Positions 57,809-64,000 of a stretch of DNA of 64,000 bases are shown piece after piece (position 1 is the stretch's first letter; the number at the start of each line of letters is the position of its first letter). The stretch is from Patescibacteria group bacterium. Lineage in GTDB: Bacteria; Patescibacteriota; Kazan-3B-28; UBA10110. Made by a program: the position numbers and the translations under genes. The notes under the pieces were generated by a model that searched no databases, had not been told where the DNA came from, and worked only from the letters and a program-made list of their open reading frames with translations. The DNA is taken from the NCBI GenBank assembly GCA_041659905.1, contig JBAZXK010000002.1, positions 30,723 to 94,722 of the forward strand. Direction: 5' to 3'.

Positions 57809-57901
57809 TGGCGGTGAGGGAGGGATTCGAACCCTCGCGGGGGATTTCTCCCCCCTACCGGTTTAGCAAACCAGCCCCTTCAGCCTCTTGGGTACCTCAC
57901 C
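57809..57901 (-). tRNA. tRNA-Ser (GCT)
   Basis: GGTGAGGTACCCAAGAGG...CTGGT-TTGCTAA-ACCGG, long variable arm, GGTTCGAATCC and CCA. Confidence 0.93.
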
Positions 57902-58139
57902 GTGTCGGAACGGCCTCCGCTCCGGCAGTTTGCCAATTAGGATTGGCAAACTTTACCGCTTCGTTGTTCCTCCTTTCCAAATTACAAACAGCACTCCGTG
58001 CTTCGGTTTGTAATTTAGGGAAATCAGCAAAGCTGATTTCATAACCTATCCACCTATATTAAGGTAAGTATCTGACTATTTAAGAATACCATCAATATAC
58101 CTCTCCTGAAAAAGGGGTTGTACCAACCCTTCTTGGAGT

Positions 58140-58340
58140 CCAGAGCCGCCATTGAAGGAGGGATGTATTTTTTGTCTGCAACCCGGGCATTGGAGTTTGA
58201 GCGTTACGGTTCAATAAAATTGGCGCTGTGAAGCCGGTTATACCGGCGAGAACGGAAAGCCATATTTTATTAGAACCGCAGCAAAAACGACTGTCCGGAG
58301 ACTTTGGTTACTTTCCTTGGGAAAGTAACAGAAAAAAGTC
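58140..58340. ncRNA. structured intergenic element, copy 2 (putative ncRNA or MITE)
   Basis: Same three motifs as 22056-22241, with different but still pairing stems. Confidence 0.6.
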
Positions 58341-58341
58341 C

Positions 58342-60672
58342 TCAAAAGCCCACTTGGATAAAATCTTGGTAAGTGGCTTTTTTAGCTAATTCTTTCTCTG
58401 GGTCAATCACCCCAATTTCCCCGACTAAGGCATCCCACAATTCTAGCAACTCTCCGGCGATGGGTGTTTGATAGATCTCTCCCCCATTATCAGCAGTAAA
58501 AATAAATTCTGCTGGCGTAGTCACTCCCAGATCGGCGATATTGTAAATAAAATTAACTCCCATCTTGCTGAACACGCCATTATCAAGAGGAGCACGGCTA
58601 AAATGATCGTCGTAATCATTATGAATACCATCTCTCATGGTGTCATCAAAACCCACCCCCCCTACTCCCACAGAAGTAATGCCAGAAGGAAAGATATCCA
58701 ACCGATCCAGCCCATTATCCAGATCGTCCTCGGGCGAATAGGTAATAATTTGCTTAACTACCATATCCTTATCAAAAAGCCGAGACTCTCCTCGTAAAGC
58801 TATTTTAGTCGGCATATCTAACAGCTCTTTGATGACTAAACGAATTTTATTCCGAGCCTCATAAGCTTTTAACATTTCTAAATTTCCTCCGGCAGCGATA
58901 GATTTATTCCAACCCACCATATTGGCAACCTGAGTAGCTTTATACGCTTGGCCAATACCAAGTCGTAAATTATTCAGAGCCTCAGGCGTGCCTAAGGCTT
59001 CGACCAGGGCTGTTATTTGGCTATTGCTTAAAGTGCTGGGATCCAGGCCAATTTCATTTTGGAGATTCGAAAAAACATTATTGGCTTGGGATAGATAATC
59101 TTGAGTACGGTCATCTAGTTTAGTTATAGCGGCAGCCCGATCTAATAAATTTTTAACTCGGTTGATAAATTGAAAATACTGCACAAAGAACAGCTTATTG
59201 AGAGGGGCATTCTGCAAGGCTGCCACAATTTGATCATGATTTTTATCAGTCAAGAAAACCCGGTAGTCAGCCATGGTGGTGTCCAACCAACCCGCCACAT
59301 AACCCAATTCTTCCCAAAGCGGCCGGACCTCAGCTTCGGCCAGAGTTCTTTGCCAACTAATTTCGATAGGTTGTCCCGACATCTCTGGAATTTGACTGCG
59401 ATCTACTGCCACAATCGCCAGGGCTTGTCCTTCAGAAAAAGCGGTGAAGGCTCCCAGTTCCTCTGTACTCTCTTCTCCGTCGCTACTATAGGCAGCTAAA
59501 CTTTTAACTAATTTGTAGCGCGATTGGCGCGGAGAGTTAGTTTTAATCAAACCGATCTTTAAATAATCATGGAGATCAGACAAGTACGAGATGGTACGCA
59601 ATAGTCGGTAATCCAAGGTGTGCGTACACGGCCCGCTGGTACCGCAGTTCCATTGGTTTAAATCTCCTATACCTGAACTATAAATCACCAAACTGCCGTT
59701 GGTCACTTTTTCTTGGAGACTATGGATAAACTCATTATTAACTGCCATCATATTACCTTCACTGTCTCGTGTGACTTCGCTGGCCGGAGCTACTAGTTCA
59801 GTTTTAACCGAACCACCCGCCTCGCTCATATTGCCATTGCGTCCACAGGTGAATATGCCGATGATAATGACAAATATCAGTATGATGATCAAAATTACCC
59901 AGCCGACCGGATTAGATACCAAAAATACCACTGCCTCCGTGATAGCATGAATAGCCACCTGGGCAGCCTGTACGGCTGCTTGGTAAACCGCTTGCGCCGC
60001 TTGGGCCGCAGCTTGTGCCATTCTAATACTCACCTCAATGGCTTTTTGGGCAACTTGCACTGTTCTTTGAGCAACTTGCACTGTTCTTTGGGCAACTTGC
60101 ACTGTTCTTTGGGCAATTTGCACTGCTCTTTTGGCCGCCTCTGCTGCTTCGCGAATTTTTTGCGGCGTTTCGATAATTCTTTTGGCTGTTTCCGCAGCTT
60201 CCTTCACTTTGTTAGCAGTCTGCCCCGCTAACCGCTGGGTTTTTTGCAGAGGGCTTTCGGCCGGTTGATTTTGTTGATCAGATGAATTATTTTGTGAAGA
60301 ACCACCCATCCGGCCAGCTGCACCGCGCGCCAACTGCCCAGCACCACGCAAACCTTGTTTGCCCAAATTAGCCGCTTTCCCTTTCCAACCTCCCGCTCCC
60401 CCCACTTTCGGAGTACTAGCTGGACGTTTTCCGGCAGTAGCTAATTTATTAGGCTGAGTTGACCGATCTGCTGGTTTTTCTTGTTGTCGAGTTTGATGTT
60501 TTTTCTCTTTAGTAGGCGAGGTGCGTCTTGGTTCCCGCGACGATTGCCTCGCAGGTTCTTCGGCGGTTGGTTCCGTTTCAGCCTCTTCTGATACAGGTTG
60601 GTCCTCTTCTGGGTTCAGATTTTCCTCTAACGGTTCTTGGTCGAGATCTTCATTGGTATCCTGATCAACCAT
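58342..60672 (-). CDS. hypothetical single-pass membrane protein with disordered/coiled-coil N-terminus
   Basis: Acidic/low-complexity N-terminus, AQRTVQV heptads and TM NPVGWVILIIILIFVIIIGIF. Confidence 0.8.
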   Translation of the reverse strand: MVDQDTNEDLDQEPLEENLNPEEDQPVSEEAETEPTAEEPARQSSREPRRTSPTKEKKHQTRQQEKPADRSTQPNKLATAGKRPASTPKVGGAGGWKGKAANLGKQGLRGAGQLARGAAGRMGGSSQNNSSDQQNQPAESPLQKTQRLAGQTANKVKEAAETAKRIIETPQKIREAAEAAKRAVQIAQRTVQVAQRTVQVAQRTVQVAQKAIEVSIRMAQAAAQAAQAVYQAAVQAAQVAIHAITEAVVFLVSNPVGWVILIIILIFVIIIGIFTCGRNGNMSEAGGSVKTELVAPASEVTRDSEGNMMAVNNEFIHSLQEKVTNGSLVIYSSGIGDLNQWNCGTSGPCTHTLDYRLLRTISYLSDLHDYLKIGLIKTNSPRQSRYKLVKSLAAYSSDGEESTEELGAFTAFSEGQALAIVAVDRSQIPEMSGQPIEISWQRTLAEAEVRPLWEELGYVAGWLDTTMADYRVFLTDKNHDQIVAALQNAPLNKLFFVQYFQFINRVKNLLDRAAAITKLDDRTQDYLSQANNVFSNLQNEIGLDPSTLSNSQITALVEALGTPEALNNLRLGIGQAYKATQVANMVGWNKSIAAGGNLEMLKAYEARNKIRLVIKELLDMPTKIALRGESRLFDKDMVVKQIITYSPEDDLDNGLDRLDIFPSGITSVGVGGVGFDDTMRDGIHNDYDDHFSRAPLDNGVFSKMGVNFIYNIADLGVTTPAEFIFTADNGGEIYQTPIAGELLELWDALVGEIGVIDPEKELAKKATYQDFIQVGF
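60046..60129. repeat. 21-nt coding tandem repeat x4
   Basis: TTGGGCAACTTGCACTGTTCT units encoding RTVQVAQ. Confidence 0.9.
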
Positions 60673-60675
60673 TGC

Positions 60676-62190
60676 TTAAACAATTAAATCTAAACTAAGC
60701 ACCTTGTTATCGCTACTAATAATAAATAATTTATTGATAACGGCACTGAACAGCAGTTTATTAATTTGCATTTGGCCGACTGCGCTCAAAAATTGGATCG
60801 GGCGTTCTTTACCATCTAGATACCAGCGCCAGAGCGAACCGTCAGGCAACCCAACGATCAACTGATCTTCTGAGCGCCAAGTAAAAGTGCTGATCGGACG
60901 ATCAAAGACTTTCTCGACCTTCTGTTCGGCAATATTCCAGATCGATAATTGTTGCATTCCTCCAACATTCGCCCAGTAGGCAATCCGATTCCCTTCCGGC
61001 GAGTTGCTCCAAAATGTTTGCTTGACCCGATCGGGCATAATTTCCATAAACTCCTTTTCCACGAGATCAAAAATTTTATCAGTTCCCACCGTATCATCTG
61101 CCCACAGGACATAGCGATCATTATTCAGCCAAGTTAATGTAGGGTCATTAAAATTAAGCCCGCTCTGCAAGCGTTCCCATTCCGTGCCATCCGCCTGCGC
61201 CAACACCACGGACTTCTCACCATTGGCGGTTTCGTAAAAATAAATTATGTTGTCACCTTCCGGCGAGAAGCTTAGATCCCGCACATTCCCATTTAATAGA
61301 ATCGGCTGCCAACCGATAGCGTTGATTTGCGTACTTTTAAATGACCAGGCACTAATCCCATTATCTTGCAGAGCACCTTGGGCGGGGCGTTCCCCGAGCG
61401 GAATAAATCTTCCCCGCACATTAGAGTTATCAATCGCGTTTGGCAAGCGCAGTTGGCCAATGAGCCGAACTAAGGCATTGCTCTCCACGGTTGACCAGAC
61501 CACTTTTTTTAAATTAATGAAATTACCTTTAAATAAAGGGGCTCGGGTTAAAGTCGCTATCTCTAATACTTCAAAACCTCCGGCCGCATTAACAAATGCG
61601 AGCGCCCGCCCATTATTGGTGATACTCGGCCAGCTGACCGGTTCGTCGATTAGTTTTTCAATAGTTGGCACCGCATGCAGCACAACGGTCAAAGTGATAA
61701 TTTCTTTACTAGTCAGATCAATGTCTTGTTCAAAATCAACGTAACCATCTTTAGCTACTAACAAATTATGCGAGCCGGCTTTCAATTTGATGGTTAAAGA
61801 GTTAACCGAATCTTTCTGAAACTTGTTATCAATAGTCACCCGCACATTCCCGGGATCAAAAGTTAAGGCTAAAGTTCCGCGCTGAAAATCTAGCAGCGGC
61901 AAGACGACATAGGCCGTGCCCGCCAAAAGCGCCAGCACTACCGCTCCGATTACCCAATTCAACCATCGCCTCCCCCGCCGAGGCCGCATTGGTTTAGTTG
62001 TTGGTACATTCAGAGAATTATCGATCGGTAAAGCAGGGGCAGCCTTGGAAAGCAGCTGATTTCCTACATCTTTACGCGGGACAAACTGCGGCGCTGGAGA
62101 GTTTACCGGCACCTGCAAATCATCCGGCAATCCCCCCGCAGGGCTTTGGTTGGTATTAACGGAACTATTTTGGTTTTGTTCTTCTGCCAT
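60676..62190 (-). CDS. PEGA domain plus beta-propeller membrane-anchored protein
   Basis: TM segment, LKAGSHNLLVAKDGY (PEGA), and FSPEG/SPEG propeller repeats. Confidence 0.8.
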   Translation of the reverse strand: MAEEQNQNSSVNTNQSPAGGLPDDLQVPVNSPAPQFVPRKDVGNQLLSKAAPALPIDNSLNVPTTKPMRPRRGRRWLNWVIGAVVLALLAGTAYVVLPLLDFQRGTLALTFDPGNVRVTIDNKFQKDSVNSLTIKLKAGSHNLLVAKDGYVDFEQDIDLTSKEIITLTVVLHAVPTIEKLIDEPVSWPSITNNGRALAFVNAAGGFEVLEIATLTRAPLFKGNFINLKKVVWSTVESNALVRLIGQLRLPNAIDNSNVRGRFIPLGERPAQGALQDNGISAWSFKSTQINAIGWQPILLNGNVRDLSFSPEGDNIIYFYETANGEKSVVLAQADGTEWERLQSGLNFNDPTLTWLNNDRYVLWADDTVGTDKIFDLVEKEFMEIMPDRVKQTFWSNSPEGNRIAYWANVGGMQQLSIWNIAEQKVEKVFDRPISTFTWRSEDQLIVGLPDGSLWRWYLDGKERPIQFLSAVGQMQINKLLFSAVINKLFIISSDNKVLSLDLIV

Positions 62191-62216
62191 CTATATTATT
62201 GAAGGTCTTTAGTTAA

Positions 62217-62245
62217 ATTATATCATATATTGGTTGATTTGTAAA
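62217..62245 (-). promoter_or_regulatory. sigma70 promoter for the PEGA gene
   Basis: TTTACA-17 nt-TATAAT on the - strand. Confidence 0.6.
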
Positions 62246-62294
62246 TACTGTTAGGTGATATTACCCCCTCTGCGGTCATTCTGGACATCTGGGG

Positions 62295-62323
62295 TTGACC
62301 AAATAGAAGAATTGTGATATAAT
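62295..62323 (+). promoter_or_regulatory. sigma70 promoter
   Basis: TTGACC-17 nt-TATAAT with extended TG. Confidence 0.8.
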
Positions 62324-62354
62324 GAAACAATAAGAATATAAAAGAACCTGGGCG

Positions 62355-64000
62355 ATGAAACTAAAACAAAAACTATTTCTCCTTCTCCTATTAACTCTGG
62401 TCGGCTGGCAAGTCTGGAGTTTAGCCCAACCGGCTCAAGCGGGGTTGACTTCTTCGATGGTAGAAATGATCCAAACCCTGGCTGAAGCTATTTATACCGG
62501 TTTGATGCCTTTCATTCTTCAACTACTCAAGCCTCTTTTAGAGAATCCAGTTTATTTTCTAGACTTTAGCCAAGTTAATTTTCCGGGCGGATTGCCTGAC
62601 TTTGGATCCACCTCAGTTCTGATTACACGAATTTGGAACCTCTGCATGTTGGCGGCTAACTCTATTTTCATTATCGCTCTAGTTTATTCGATTATTAATA
62701 TCATTATCGGCACCAATGCCAATGTCTACAACATCAAGGTGGTGCTAACCAAATTAATCCCCGCCGTATTGCTGGCTAATTTAAGTTTAGCCATCATTCG
62801 GGCTTTTGTCAGTATAGGCAATTTATTCACTCAAGGATTTGCAGCTTTGTTTGACATATCTACAGATGCTGCCGTGCTCTTTATTAGCGATCTGGGCACC
62901 TTAGGCAACGGCACCGGATTTTGGAGCGGCGTGGGTAATTTTTTTGGCAACCTTGGCGAAGGAGTAATTTCGGTATTCTCTAACGATAACGCCAGCACTG
63001 GACCGGCAGTGGCTAGTTTTATTTTATTGATCATCATTTTCTGGGTCTTCTTAAAAATAACTTTAATTTTACTAGAAAGAACCTTTTGGTTATTTATTCT
63101 AACCGTATCGGCCCCTTTGGCTTTTGCCGCTGATTTACTCCCCTTATCATTTACTCAAAAATTATCCAGCAAATGGGCAGAAAATGTTTTGAAATGGATT
63201 ATTATCTTCCCGCTAATACAAACTGCTATCTTTGCTGCCATACATATTTGGACAACCTCTGAACCTGCTCTGGATGCGACTACGATCAACAACCTGATCA
63301 AAAACAGCGCCTTGATCCACGATATGCCCGCAGGACAACTGGGCCCGCTATTTATCGGCATCACTATTTTATATTTTGCCGGTAAGATTCCGGAATATAT
63401 CAAGCCGGGCGGAGCGACGCCTTTGAGCGGATTTGTGGGCAGCTCCCCTATGCAAGGCTACAAAGCTGTTTCTAAACCAATCACGGAAACTCTGACTGGC
63501 AAAAATGCGCTAGGTAAGTCTACAGCTGCTCAGTTCGGTATGGGCTATAAACTGGCCTTGGGAACTAAAACTGGGAGAGCCTTAGAAGCTAAGCGCCAAA
63601 CCTTAAGCGCCGGCGGTCATACTATAGGTAGCGTGCCTTGGTTAATTGCTAAAACTCTTAACCCCAAAGGTGAAATTGCCCGGACTACCGCCGAAAGAAA
63701 TATCGACATGGGTAAGGCGAGATTAAATACTACCAGCGACCAGCTCTCTAAATTAAAACAGAATTTTAGCAAAATAACTAGCGGTATGAATTGGGATGAT
63801 CTTTCTTCAAAAGAGAAAGACGATTTCAAAAAAGACAAAAATATCAGCATCCGTAACCATGCCAACTCTATCGACAAGAAACAGGATCAATTAGACTGGT
63901 TGGCTAACACCTCGGTTAAAGAGGCCCCGATCGAAGAAATGAAACCGGTGGCAAACATGTTGGGTAAGATCCTTAAACCGGGTGCGACAGCGGCGGATGT
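62355..64000 (+). CDS. VirB6/TrbL-like polytopic membrane protein, 3' truncated by window edge (missing from ORF track)
   Basis: MKLKQKLFLLLLL signal, IWNLCMLAANSIF, LIPAVLLANLS and LLERTFWLFILTVSAPLAF. Same frame at the start, middle and window end where checked. Confidence 0.75.
   Translation, partial: MKLKQKLFLLLLLTLVGWQVWSLAQPAQAGLTSSMVEMIQTLAEAIYTGLMPFILQLLKPLLENPVYFLDFSQVNFPGGLPDFGSTSVLITRIWNLCMLAANSIFIIALVYSIINIIIGTNANVYNIKVVLTKLIPAVLLANLSLAIIRAFVSIGNLFTQGFAALFDISTDAAVLFISDLGTLGNGTGFWSGVGNFFGNLGEGVISVFSNDNASTGPAVASFILLIIIFWVFLKITLILLERTFWLFILTVSAPLAFAADLLPLSFTQKLSSKWAENVLKWIIIFPLIQTAIFAAIHIWTTSEPALDATTINNLIKNSALIHDMPAGQLGPLFIGITILYFAGKIPEYIKPGGATPLSGFVGSSPMQGYKAVSKPITETLTGKNALGKSTAAQFGMGYKLALGTKTGRALEAKRQTLSAGGHTIGSVPWLIAKTLNPKGEIARTTAERNIDMGKARLNTTSDQLSKLKQNFSKITSGMNWDDLSSKEKDDFKKDKNISIRNHANSIDKKQDQLDWLANTSVKEAPIEEMKPVANMLGKILKPGATAAD

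Noticed and set aside
57808-58044. 78-aa ORF
   Set aside because: Antisense to tRNA-Ser(GCT).
58163-58231. 22-aa ORF after AAGGAGG inside element copy 2
   Set aside because: SD-ATG spacing is only 1 nt, and the equivalent position in copy 1 gives M-F-stop.
62831-63877. Three short minus-strand ORFs
   Set aside because: Shadows of the long plus-strand VirB6-like ORF that runs off the window.

Overview
A 64-kb stretch of a small-genome bacterium, most likely Patescibacteria/CPR. This is inferred from the VirB2-like pilins, the VirB6-like membrane protein, the stand-alone small GIY-YIG gene, the split PEP-synthase modules, the MGRG-type EF-P and the many housekeeping starts without a Shine-Dalgarno (SD) site. 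The backbone is housekeeping genes (rpoD-dnaG, rpsF-ssb-rpsR-efp-ychF, clpC, nusA, rnhB, rplS, dnaE, leuS, purB, trpS, galU) plus seven tRNA genes. Highlights: (1) an unannotated 58-aa Cys-containing peptide gene, followed by a terminator, a radical SAM enzyme with a degenerate SPASM tail and an overlapping MTAP, next to ABC-F and B12-radical SAM genes (candidate RiPP-like system); (2) tRNA-Asn(GUU) split inside the anticodon by a 208-nt group I intron; (3) two divergent copies of a ~190-nt structured intergenic element, each upstream of a tRNA-Ser gene; (4) several families of short palindromic REP-like repeats that nest in each other and in the rpsF reading frame; (5) boxA-like motifs in the leaders of SD-led accessory genes. 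No CRISPR array, rRNA, integrase or transposase was seen. All calls come from reading motifs by eye, with no database searches.
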